Shown here: positions 10,005 through 17,482 of the stretch, piece by piece
How the letters are laid out: every line of letters starts with the position of its first letter
Position numbering within the stretch: the first letter of the stretch is position 1
Assembly: GCA_041651395.1 (NCBI GenBank)
Contig: JBAZJI010000001.1
Coordinates: forward strand, 315,920-379,919
Reading direction: 5' to 3'
From: Minisyncoccota bacterium
GTDB lineage: Bacteria; Patescibacteriota; Minisyncoccia; Minisyncoccales; JAGOPM01
Length of the DNA: 64,000 nt
Made by a program: the position numbers and the translations under genes
The notes under the pieces: model-generated
Told to the model about the DNA's origin: nothing
The model's database searches: none
Seen by the model: the letters and a program-made list of their open reading frames with translations, nothing else

Positions 10005-10433
10005 GTGAAGAAAAATAATATCTTACTGGTTGCTGGAATCGTTGTTGCTCTTGCCCTTCTGAGCGTTGCCTATTTCTGCAACCAAGAAAGGGTCGTATTG
10101 GAAAATGATTACGCAATGTATGTTTCCGATATGTCCGGATATACTGCGCAAAAGCTCAATGTCTGTTTTACCTTAAAGGTTAAACAGATTCCCGATTCCG
10201 GTTGGCTTTTTGCCAAGCTCTCCTATGAAGAGCAAAAGGACGGGAAGTGGCAACAGTATGCAGAGTGTGAAGCTGGCAATACCACGAAGCTTGGGCCATG
10301 GGTGCTTACCGGAGATCCTGGGGCATACCGCGGCGAAGGTTTTAGGGTAAGGATAACGCTTTATCAAACCAGTGCTTATGAATCCTTCATTGTCTTAGGC
10401 CAGTTGGGAACATTCTATTTCCCGGAAAAGTAA
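10005..10433 (+). CDS. Hypothetical membrane-anchored protein
   Basis: 142 aa. GTG start 8 nt after AAGGAGG, with its own promoter and terminator. N-terminal TM helix followed by a beta-rich domain. No family recognised. Confidence 0.6.
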   Translation: MKKNNILLVAGIVVALALLSVAYFCNQERVVLENDYAMYVSDMSGYTAQKLNVCFTLKVKQIPDSGWLFAKLSYEEQKDGKWQQYAECEAGNTTKLGPWVLTGDPGAYRGEGFRVRITLYQTSAYESFIVLGQLGTFYFPEK

Positions 10434-10478
10434 TACCCTTAGGGGTCGGGCTGCACGCAAGTGCGGCCCTTTGTTGTA

Positions 10479-10536
10479 TTGATTTTTATAGAATATATGC
10501 TATAATATAGGTAAATTAAAAACTACATAAAGGAGG
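10479..10536 (+). promoter_or_regulatory. Promoter + SD of 220-aa gene/nadD operon
   Basis: TTGATT (10479), 16-nt spacer, TGC-TATAAT (10501), AAGGAGG (10530), ATG 10541. Confidence 0.6.
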
Positions 10537-10540
10537 TTAA

Positions 10541-11203
10541 ATGATGGAGAGGGAAAAACTTTCGATTAGTGATGCGGACGTCCAAGCCATGCTCGCCGAA
10601 CAAGATAGGCTAGAGGGCAATGGGAATGTTGAAATATTGGAAAAGCAGGAATGGTATTTGGCTATGTGCAAATATGATCCAGTGACGGCGAAGGAAATCA
10701 TCGAGGCGATTGAACTTTACGACGATGGTTTTACGACGGCGCTCTCCAATGTGATGCCATATTCTGAAGCTAAAAATAATTCTTCGGTTATCGTTGCCGA
10801 CCTCTTCCGTTTTTTCTGTGTAGCTCTCAGCCCGATCTACCACGCATATGGCTTGTTTCCCAAAATTAAAAGAAGGGATATTCAGATGTTTCAGGCCGGA
10901 AAAGTTTTGCCAAATGCCTCCAAGGAAAGTTTTGGTAAGTGTTGGGTTGAAACTGCGGAAAAATCTTTGGAGTATGTTCGCGAAACGATTAAATTAAGTA
11001 ACGCTCTCTGGTCTAATGTATTTGAAAGCATAGTCACCAGATTTCTAGACCGAGAGTCTTTGGGCTTATTCAGCATGACTTTGGTATTGGTGCTCAGGGC
11101 TAGCAGTTACTTGCTGCCAATGGACAACGGTGAATTGGCTCAATGGTTCGATAAGCAAGTGGATCCGGGTAAGGGAGGAGGAAAGTATGTCGGTAACGGC
11201 TAA
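10541..11203 (+). CDS. Hypothetical cytoplasmic protein, translationally coupled to nadD
   Basis: 220 aa. ATG 4 nt after AAGGAGG. Its 3' end contains the nadD SD and overlaps the nadD start by 17 nt. No family recognised. Confidence 0.6.
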   Translation: MMEREKLSISDADVQAMLAEQDRLEGNGNVEILEKQEWYLAMCKYDPVTAKEIIEAIELYDDGFTTALSNVMPYSEAKNNSSVIVADLFRFFCVALSPIYHAYGLFPKIKRRDIQMFQAGKVLPNASKESFGKCWVETAEKSLEYVRETIKLSNALWSNVFESIVTRFLDRESLGLFSMTLVLVLRASSYLLPMDNGELAQWFDKQVDPGKGGGKYVGNG

Positions 11204-11789
11204 AAAGATTGCAATTTTCGGCGGTAGCTTTGACCCGCCAACGCTTTCACACCGCCGGGCGGCCCAAAAACTGGCCAGCGAATTCGATCATGTTTTTATC
11301 GTTCCTTGCGGGCAGAGATCAGATAAAGGCAAACCGCACGCTATGAGGATGGCTTTGGAGCGCATGGCTATGTGTGATTTGAATTTCTACAACCTGCATC
11401 CCAATATCACTATAGATTTTTTTGATATCCAACACGACAAATTTACAACCACTTTTGAAATGCAAAAGCATTACGAAAGATTGGGCGAAATTTGGCACGT
11501 GGTGGGCGGAGACCTAATCCTGGGCGGCGCTGATGGTTGCTCGGAAATTCAGAAAAAGTGGAGTGAGGGCTGTTGGCTTTGGGAAAATTTGAATTTTGTC
11601 GTTATACCGCGGCCGGGATATCGCTTCTGCTTGCAGGACTGTCCGCCTCACCGCAAAATTATCTGGCTTGATACGGATTGTTCCAGCACTAAAGCGCGCC
11701 AAGCTGCAAAGCAAAATAATTCCCTGCGCAGCCTTGTCACTTCCGAAATTGAAACCTACATCTTCGTCAAAAATCTTTATCAAGATTAG
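11187..11789 (+). CDS. nadD: Nicotinate/nicotinamide mononucleotide adenylyltransferase
   Basis: ATG 11187 follows GGGAGGAGG. Motifs IFGGSFDPPTLSH, VVGGDLI and SSTKAR (SxTxxR) match the NadD/NMNAT nucleotidyltransferase family. Confidence 0.8.
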   Translation: MSVTAKKIAIFGGSFDPPTLSHRRAAQKLASEFDHVFIVPCGQRSDKGKPHAMRMALERMAMCDLNFYNLHPNITIDFFDIQHDKFTTTFEMQKHYERLGEIWHVVGGDLILGGADGCSEIQKKWSEGCWLWENLNFVVIPRPGYRFCLQDCPPHRKIIWLDTDCSSTKARQAAKQNNSLRSLVTSEIETYIFVKNLYQD

Positions 11790-11793
11790 CATG

Positions 11794-11818
11794 GCCCTGA
11801 GAATCTCAGGGCTTTTAT
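11794..11818. repeat. Palindromic element copy 1 (core only)
   Basis: GCCCTGAGAATCTCAGGGC followed by TTTTAT, directly after the nadD stop. Confidence 0.85.
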
Positions 11819-11866
11819 AGTATTAAAATAATGTTTTTCGGGGCTAAAAGGGGAGTAGTGTTACCC

Positions 11867-11923
11867 TTGATTTCTGGCAATTTTATTGTATAATTAAATA
11901 AATTAACAATCGAAAAAAGGAGG
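11867..11923 (+). promoter_or_regulatory. Promoter + SD of 444-aa gene
   Basis: TTGATT (11867), 16-nt spacer, TATAAT (11889), the leader motif AATCGAAA, AAGGAGG (11917). Confidence 0.6.
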
Positions 11924-11931
11924 AAAGTTTA

Positions 11932-13266
11932 ATGGCAGATAAAGCAAATAAATTTGTTTTCGATCCGGCCGCTGCTGCCCCGATTGCGGCAGAATTGGGT
12001 ATTTTTCCGGGAGATCCGGAAGCGGGTTTGGACTTTGCAACGTTTTGGGAGCGGCGCTTGCCAGAAGTTGGCTTTTCTAATGATTCGCATACCCTGAGCC
12101 AATTTGTGGTCCGGCTATGCAAAAAGGCCAAGCAGTTTAGGGAACAAGCGATGACTTTGAATTTTGCTCGGGGCAAACAAATGTTGCTCAATAAGGGCGG
12201 ACTTATTGCTCTTCGCGAATTGGTCAGAGAAGCCTTTGATCCTAGCTGCGATCTTGATTGGGCCTTGGCTTGCTATATTTGGCAAGACGATGTTGACGAC
12301 AACCTGGAGAAGATGGTTAGGGGAAGAATCGTGTATTTGGCGCGCACTTGCTACAACCTCATCTTAAAATCCAATATCAGCCTGCACTCCCCTTTAGGGA
12401 AATGGTTGTTGGCAAAGGTTTTAGAAGATGTGGATGTCGAAGATATCACCCTGCTCTGCTTCTTGGCCAAGGTTCAAAAAATGGATATCTTGGCCAAACA
12501 TGCAGCGCAAAAAGCTTGCCGGCTAACCAAAAACTTCGCCCCAACCTTGGAGCTTGTAAGGCTTTTAGGCTGGGACTTGGTTAGCGGGGACGAAATTATT
12601 GCCCAAAGTCTGGTAGAAAAAGTCTCCAATATTATGGATGTGGCGCATGCCTCCGAGGGGGAAATTCCCGAGGAGCTTGCTAAGGATTTGTGCTTTAAGG
12701 CTTTGCAGGTTAAGGGTTGTTTGAATGAGGCGATTTATGCACATAACTTAGTCATTGCTAATCCCAAGAATGCCCGTTTAGCGACGGCTATTCGCTGGGT
12801 CATCAAGAAGCGCGCCCCACGATTTGCACTTGCTAGAATCGCCTTTGAAATTTTGGATTTTTCCAAAGCACCAGAGGAAGCCTACAAAAATTTTGCCGAA
12901 TTTGTCGCTATGCAGGCCTGCGAGCTGGAAGAAGTCGGCTATGCCATGCGTTTTGTCAGCGATGCCAAACGCAAGGAAGTGGCCGACAGGTTACCCGCAG
13001 CCAAAGGAACATTGTCTGAGCTTATTAATGGCTATAATTATTTTCTGGAATGCAAAATCCAAGCCGCTCAGGGAACGCCCGGGTATACCGATGCTAAAAT
13101 TTGTTTGGACGTGGCAGAAAACGAATACGTGCGCCATGCCAAAGAAATGTGCCAAAGCGATTTGCAGAAATGGTATTATGTGGTCAGTTCGGCCGCCGTG
13201 GGCAGTCGCTTGTATGATGAGGCCTGTGTCAAAATCGGTATGGAAAGAATTCCCTCCACTATTTGA
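11932..13266 (+). CDS. Hypothetical alpha-helical protein
   Basis: 444 aa with its own promoter, AAGGAGG and terminator. No family recognised. Bracketed by palindromic repeat copies 1 and 2. Confidence 0.65.
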   Translation: MADKANKFVFDPAAAAPIAAELGIFPGDPEAGLDFATFWERRLPEVGFSNDSHTLSQFVVRLCKKAKQFREQAMTLNFARGKQMLLNKGGLIALRELVREAFDPSCDLDWALACYIWQDDVDDNLEKMVRGRIVYLARTCYNLILKSNISLHSPLGKWLLAKVLEDVDVEDITLLCFLAKVQKMDILAKHAAQKACRLTKNFAPTLELVRLLGWDLVSGDEIIAQSLVEKVSNIMDVAHASEGEIPEELAKDLCFKALQVKGCLNEAIYAHNLVIANPKNARLATAIRWVIKKRAPRFALARIAFEILDFSKAPEEAYKNFAEFVAMQACELEEVGYAMRFVSDAKRKEVADRLPAAKGTLSELINGYNYFLECKIQAAQGTPGYTDAKICLDVAENEYVRHAKEMCQSDLQKWYYVVSSAAVGSRLYDEACVKIGMERIPSTI

Positions 13267-13288
13267 GCCGCCTAATGCGGCTCTTTTT
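13265..13288 (+). terminator. Intrinsic terminator of the 444-aa gene
   Basis: GAGCCGC-CTAAT-GCGGCTC followed by TTTTT. Confidence 0.75.
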
Positions 13289-13292
13289 CTAA

Positions 13293-13331
13293 AAACAAAT
13301 AGCCCTGAGATTCTCAGGGCTTTTATGTTTG
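13293..13331. repeat. Palindromic element copy 2 (full 39 nt)
   Basis: AAACAAATAGCCCTGAGATTCTCAGGGCTTTTATGTTTG. It lies 5 nt after a separate intrinsic terminator of the 444-aa gene. Confidence 0.9.
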
Positions 13332-13348
13332 GTTTAAGCCAGTTATTA

Positions 13349-13441
13349 TTGACAAAAATATTAAAAAATGTATAGTATAGGGCGCTCAAAATTGAGCGCT
13401 TGCCAGCATTTGTTGGTAAAAATTTACAACTTAAAAGGAGG
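13349..13441 (+). promoter_or_regulatory. Promoter, operator-like palindrome and SD of flotillin gene
   Basis: TTGACA (13349), 16-nt spacer, TG-TATAGT (13371). The inverted repeat GCGCTCAAAATTGAGCGC sits at 13382-13399 over the expected transcription start. AAGGAGG is at 13435. Confidence 0.55.
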
Positions 13442-13448
13442 TTTATTA

Positions 13449-15674
13449 GTGGAAATTGCAGAAATGATGCCTTGGTTGATTGGTATTGGAATAGGGATTG
13501 TGGTTTTGATTGTTTTGCTTTTTATCAAAGCCTCGTTCCATTTCATTCCGGCAGACATGATCGGAGCCGTTAAGAAGAACTTCGGCATCCGGAAACTTAA
13601 GGGAGATCAGATTATTGCCCTCGAAGGTGAGGTCGGCTGGCAGGCAAGCTGTTTGATGCCTGGTTGGCGATTTAAGTTTTGGCCGCTTTATACCGTGAAA
13701 TTGTTCCCGGTTGTCCAAGTGGGCCAAGATGAAATTGGAGTTGTTTTCTCGCAAATTGGAGAAAATATTCCGGTTGGTTGGAGAACGGCTCGCCAAATTG
13801 CAGGAGACACTGAGGAGATTTACTCTGACGTGGGAAGATTTATGCGTGAAGGCGGGCAAAAAGGCATTCAGAGAGCCGTGCTCTCTCCAGGCCACATCTA
13901 CTACATGCACCCGATTGCTTTTGTGGTGAAAACCGCAACCAGCACTTTTGGTATGCCATTCTCTGAATCAGTAGAAGAAACTTTTGGGCAGTATGAGGAC
14001 CAGAAGTACCGGCCCCTTGAAATCAAGACACAGCAGGGTTCAGATGTTGATATTATTGGTTTGGTAACCATCCTTGATGGTCCGCCCAACCCAGATAATA
14101 CTCCGGCTTCTCGCATTGGCGGATTTTCCGATATTCAAGATGCGGAGACGAAGAGGACCGAGGAGGCGAAGAAAAAATACGAGGCTGATATGGAGGCGCT
14201 CGGCGCTAAAGAAAATATTGAGAGGGAGGAATCGAAAAGACAAAAGTTAAGGACAGCAAGAGACAAATTTGATAAAAGTAAGCAGACGCCCGAGGATAGG
14301 CTTGAATACGACGAAGAAGTCCGCAACATCAAACAAATACCCGAAGCTCAAAGGGAATATGAAGAATCAATCCGCAAACTCGGGCTGGATATCATCAACA
14401 TGCTGTTTTTCCAAAGCAAAGTAAATTTGCACAACAGCTACCAAGATATGCAGAAATTCTTCGATGCAGGCGGTTGCCAAGGTTTGCAGCATGATGTCAT
14501 AACTTATGGCAAATATAACTTCAATCCGTTCTTGGTGCGCGTAGAAGAAGCCCGTGGTTTAGTAGTGCCGCAGGGAAAAGTGGCGGTTGTGCGCGCAGGT
14601 GTTGGCTTGGCATCCGAGGATGTTTCCGGCGAAGGATTCAAGCACGGTTTCATAGTTAGGCCGGGCCACAGAGGAATTTGGAACGAGGCTTTGCGCCCGG
14701 GAAAATACCTCATCAACCCACACATCTATGCTACAGAGCTTGTGCCCACTTCTATCATCACGCTAAACTGGGCCAAGGAGACTTCTGTGGCCCACAAGCT
14801 CGATGAAAGGCTCAGTCAAATCAATGCCCGCTCTAAGGAAGGTTTCCAGTTTTCCATTGACCTGCAAGTGCAGATCCATGTTCCAGACACCAAGGCTCCA
14901 TATGTTATCGTCATGGTGGAGAAGATTGACTACCTTGTCTCCGAAGTCTTGCATCCGGCCGTAGGAAACTACTTCCGCGACAAGCTTCAGGGGATGCAGG
15001 CCATCCAATTTATCCAAGAAAGGCAGAAGGTTCAAGAAGAAGCCACAGAACACATTAAGCAGAAGCTTGAAGACTTCAAAGTTGAGTGCTATGGCGTTTT
15101 TATCCAAGATGTTATCCCGCCAGAAGATCTTGTTGATGTTCTCAAAAATGCCGAACTGGCAGTCCAGCAGAAAAAGACTCTTGAGCAGCAGAAGATAACC
15201 GAAGACGCCAGACTTGCTACAGAAAAGTCCAAAGGAGAAGCGGACCAGCAGGCGGCTCTTGCTAAATCGAAAATCGATATTGAAATCAGTCGTAACGCTG
15301 CCGATGCTCAAAAGCTTAGAGCTGAGGGTGAAGGTGGATACAAGGAAAGAATCGGAGAAGCTGAAGGAAAGGCCATCGAAGCTAGAGGTAAAGCTGAAGC
15401 TGAAGTCATCAAGCAAAAAGGTCTTTCTGAGGCAGAGGCTCTTGAAAAGAAGAATAAAGCCTTGGGCGGAGCCGAGGTTGTTGCCAGCATAGAAATCATC
15501 AAGGCGATTGCTGCCAACAATATTAAGATTACCCCCGATATTCTCATCAATGGGGGAGAGAGTGGCGCCGACAAGAGCACAAGCATAGCAACTGCTCTTA
15601 TTGCAAAAATACTCCAAGGAGGAGCTGCACCAAATTCCGCAATAATACCCCCAACAGAAAGCAAAAAATCATAA
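13449..15674 (+). CDS. SPFH/band-7 flotillin-like protein, unusually long
   Basis: GTG 13449 lies 7 nt after AAGGAGG; ATG 13464 is an alternative start. It has an N-terminal TM helix, an SPFH core and a flotillin-type A/E/K-rich C-terminal coiled coil (AEGEGGYKERIGEAEGKAIEARGKAEAEVI). There is an extra K/E/R-rich insert around 14140-14400. Confidence 0.8.
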   Translation: MEIAEMMPWLIGIGIGIVVLIVLLFIKASFHFIPADMIGAVKKNFGIRKLKGDQIIALEGEVGWQASCLMPGWRFKFWPLYTVKLFPVVQVGQDEIGVVFSQIGENIPVGWRTARQIAGDTEEIYSDVGRFMREGGQKGIQRAVLSPGHIYYMHPIAFVVKTATSTFGMPFSESVEETFGQYEDQKYRPLEIKTQQGSDVDIIGLVTILDGPPNPDNTPASRIGGFSDIQDAETKRTEEAKKKYEADMEALGAKENIEREESKRQKLRTARDKFDKSKQTPEDRLEYDEEVRNIKQIPEAQREYEESIRKLGLDIINMLFFQSKVNLHNSYQDMQKFFDAGGCQGLQHDVITYGKYNFNPFLVRVEEARGLVVPQGKVAVVRAGVGLASEDVSGEGFKHGFIVRPGHRGIWNEALRPGKYLINPHIYATELVPTSIITLNWAKETSVAHKLDERLSQINARSKEGFQFSIDLQVQIHVPDTKAPYVIVMVEKIDYLVSEVLHPAVGNYFRDKLQGMQAIQFIQERQKVQEEATEHIKQKLEDFKVECYGVFIQDVIPPEDLVDVLKNAELAVQQKKTLEQQKITEDARLATEKSKGEADQQAALAKSKIDIEISRNAADAQKLRAEGEGGYKERIGEAEGKAIEARGKAEAEVIKQKGLSEAEALEKKNKALGGAEVVASIEIIKAIAANNIKITPDILINGGESGADKSTSIATALIAKILQGGAAPNSAIIPPTESKKS

Positions 15675-15696
15675 GCAGGAATATTCCTGCTTTTTT
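15674..15696 (+). terminator. Intrinsic terminator of flotillin gene
   Basis: AGCAGGA-ATAT-TCCTGCT followed by TTTTT. Confidence 0.75.
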
Positions 15697-15736
15697 AATT
15701 AAAAATCCTCCACTTGAGTAGAGGAAAAACTAACCT

Positions 15737-15775
15737 AAACAAATAGCCCTGAGAATCTCAGGGCTTTTATGTTTG
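15737..15775. repeat. Palindromic element copy 3 (full 39 nt)
   Basis: AAACAAATAGCCCTGAGAATCTCAGGGCTTTTATGTTTG. It matches copy 2 at 38 of 39 positions; the only difference is the central base. It overlaps the stop codon of the minus-strand 180-aa gene. Confidence 0.9.
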
Positions 15776-16309
15776 AATATTATTGAGGGTGGGTGGGAGT
15801 GGCTGCCTTTGGGGCGGCCGGCGTAAGGACCAGGTGCAGTCAATGTCTAGCTTAACGGCTTCTTTGCGGAATTGGTCCATAAGGGGTTGCAGTTCCTTTT
15901 GCCATTTGGTAAAAATTGTAACTTTGGCAGTGTGGCGCATCCCTTCGCCGATTTTTTTGTAAAGCGTGAATTCAATTTTGAATCCAAGCTTGGGTTTGGG
16001 CGCCCCAGAAGGGCTATACCAAAACATCTTGTAAAAATCGTGGACGCGGTAGCGATTGAGGTTTTTTTCTTCCAACCGCCAAGGAACACCATTGGTAAGG
16101 CCTTGGCCTTTTTCGGACATTTTTTTCACCATAACATCGACTATATGCTCCAGCGAGACGCGCCTTTTTTCATCAAGGGAGTATGCCAGATTGATAATCG
16201 GTCGGTCAAAGAGCCGGCGTTCGTTATGGGAATTTTGTCCTGCCCCGGGTTCGCTGACCGGAACAGGTGCGCCATCGGATGTGGCGCAAAGACAAAATTT
16301 CTGTTCCAT
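15767..16309 (-). CDS. Hypothetical protein
   Basis: 180 aa. The minus strand is supported by a consensus promoter (TTGACA-17-TGCTATAAT), a GGAAGGAGA SD and a terminator hairpin. No family recognised. Confidence 0.6.
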   Translation of the reverse strand: MEQKFCLCATSDGAPVPVSEPGAGQNSHNERRLFDRPIINLAYSLDEKRRVSLEHIVDVMVKKMSEKGQGLTNGVPWRLEEKNLNRYRVHDFYKMFWYSPSGAPKPKLGFKIEFTLYKKIGEGMRHTAKVTIFTKWQKELQPLMDQFRKEAVKLDIDCTWSLRRPPQRQPLPPTLNNIQT

Positions 16310-16313
16310 GTCA

Positions 16314-16412
16314 TCTCCTTCCTACCCATTTCGATTTTTAAGATACGACACTGCCACTACGGGTAATAGGGGCGATTGTTGATATTATAGCAAATAATAT
16401 TATATTTGTCAA
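16314..16412 (-). promoter_or_regulatory. Promoter + SD of minus-strand 180-aa gene
   Basis: On the minus strand: TTGACA (16412-16407), 17-nt spacer, TGC-TATAAT (16389-16384), the leader motif AATCGAAA (16336-16329), GGAAGGAGA (16322-16314). Confidence 0.6.
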
Positions 16413-16436
16413 TACGAGGGGAAATAGCCCAAACTA

Positions 16437-16500
16437 TTGATTTTTGTTTATTTTATGCTATAATATATGATAGATAATTAAAAATCGAAAGGGAAAGGAG
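16437..16500 (+). promoter_or_regulatory. Promoter + SD of multi-HTH gene
   Basis: TTGATT (16437), 16-nt spacer, TGC-TATAAT (16459), AATCGAAA (16483), AAGGAG (16495). Confidence 0.6.
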
Positions 16501-16505
16501 TAACG

Positions 16506-17345
16506 ATGCCAATAGAAAACAAATTGGGCATGTTGGAATTTCTTCGCCAAAATATCGGTCAGATGAGCCTGCTAAAAATGGCCCAAGCCCGCAATTTGGA
16601 GCTTGAAGAATTCCGGGAAATTCTCCGATGGTATTTGGACTGCAGTTTGTTGACTCAGCCATTTTCAAAAATGACCACTAAAAAGCTGATTATTAAGTAT
16701 TATGGAATCATACCCAATGCGCGGCTCGCTAAGCTTCTTGGTCTGACCGAACACAGCTTGCGTCAACTAGCCTATGAATTGCGTTCAAAGAAAAAAATGC
16801 TCCCTGAATCTTTTTTCGAGGATGTTATTGCCAAAGAATTGACCTATATTACCACTGATTTGGAAGCCTTGGCCCAAAAGTATAAAGTGAGTTTGGCCGT
16901 GATTTGTAATACTGCCAAAAAGCTTTATGCAGAGGGCAAAATTCCTTCCAAGGTTTGGCGAAAGAAAAAAATTCCTAAGAGGGACCGCTTAACTAATTTG
17001 GAGAAAAAAGTTTTGGAACTCTGCCAGCAAGGCGGGCTAAGCTATGAACAAATCGCCGCTCTTGCCGGTACAACCAAAGGAACGATTGCCCCAATAAAAA
17101 CGCACTTAAGAAAGCTTGGCTATTATTTGCGCGATGAACGCAAATGCCAACCGCGCGCACCCCTTACTGAGTTTCAGGAAAAGGTGCTCCGTTTAAGTAA
17201 TGAAGGCGCCAGTAGTTTTGCCCAGATAGCCATAGAATGCCAATGCGAGAAGATTAAAATAAACAGGGCCCGTGTGCTTTTACGCAAGCGGGGTTACAAA
17301 TTCCCAAATTTGCCCATAGGCCGGCCACCGGCTAAAAATGACTAA
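16506..17345 (+). CDS. Multi-HTH putative DNA-binding protein
   Basis: 279 aa. There are about five helix-turn-helix-like modules. The last two are clear tandem repeats resembling sigma-70 region 4/LuxR HTH (LTNLEKKVLELCQQGGLSYEQIAALAG.. and LTEFQEKVLRLSNEGASSFAQIAIECQ..). Confidence 0.55.
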   Translation: MPIENKLGMLEFLRQNIGQMSLLKMAQARNLELEEFREILRWYLDCSLLTQPFSKMTTKKLIIKYYGIIPNARLAKLLGLTEHSLRQLAYELRSKKKMLPESFFEDVIAKELTYITTDLEALAQKYKVSLAVICNTAKKLYAEGKIPSKVWRKKKIPKRDRLTNLEKKVLELCQQGGLSYEQIAALAGTTKGTIAPIKTHLRKLGYYLRDERKCQPRAPLTEFQEKVLRLSNEGASSFAQIAIECQCEKIKINRARVLLRKRGYKFPNLPIGRPPAKND

Positions 17346-17346
17346 A

Positions 17347-17366
17347 CTGCCTATAAGGCAGTTTTT
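17347..17366 (+). terminator. Intrinsic terminator of multi-HTH gene
   Basis: CTGCC-TATAA-GGCAG followed by TTTTT. Confidence 0.65.
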
Positions 17367-17394
17367 ATTTGCAGAATTTGGGCTCACGCCTATT

Positions 17395-17477
17395 TTGACA
17401 TTTTGAGTTATTATGATATAATATTATAACGAGAAATTATCAATTTCTTGGCTTAATAACCGAATAATAAAAGGAGG
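17395..17477 (+). promoter_or_regulatory. Promoter, leader hairpin and SD of nadE
   Basis: TTGACA (17395), 16-nt spacer, TATAAT (17417), hairpin AGAAATT-ATC-AATTTCT (17432-17448), AAGGAGG (17471). Confidence 0.6.
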
Positions 17478-17482
17478 ATTTG

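Noticed and set aside
12824-13375. A 183-aa alternative-frame ORF overlapping the 3' half of the 444-aa gene and running through its terminator and repeat copy 2.
   Set aside because: It has no start signals and crosses a terminator hairpin. The longer in-frame gene has its own promoter and SD.
14763-15617. A 284-aa minus-strand ORF, with several other antisense ORFs, inside the flotillin gene.
   Set aside because: It is the low-complexity shadow of the A/E/K-rich coiled-coil coding region. It has no promoter, SD or terminator, whereas the plus-strand product has clear SPFH/flotillin motifs.
11794-15775. Reading the three palindromic elements as integron attC sites or gene cassettes.
   Set aside because: No integrase gene is present and there is no GTTRRRY-type core at the element ends. 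Each gene also carries its own promoter, unlike integron cassettes. The repeats are kept as a finding without the integron interpretation.
15872-16366. A 164-aa plus-strand ORF opposite the 180-aa minus-strand ORF.
   Set aside because: Only the minus-strand ORF has the full signal set of consensus promoter, AATCGAAA leader, SD and terminator. The plus-strand ORF would run into the divergent promoter region.
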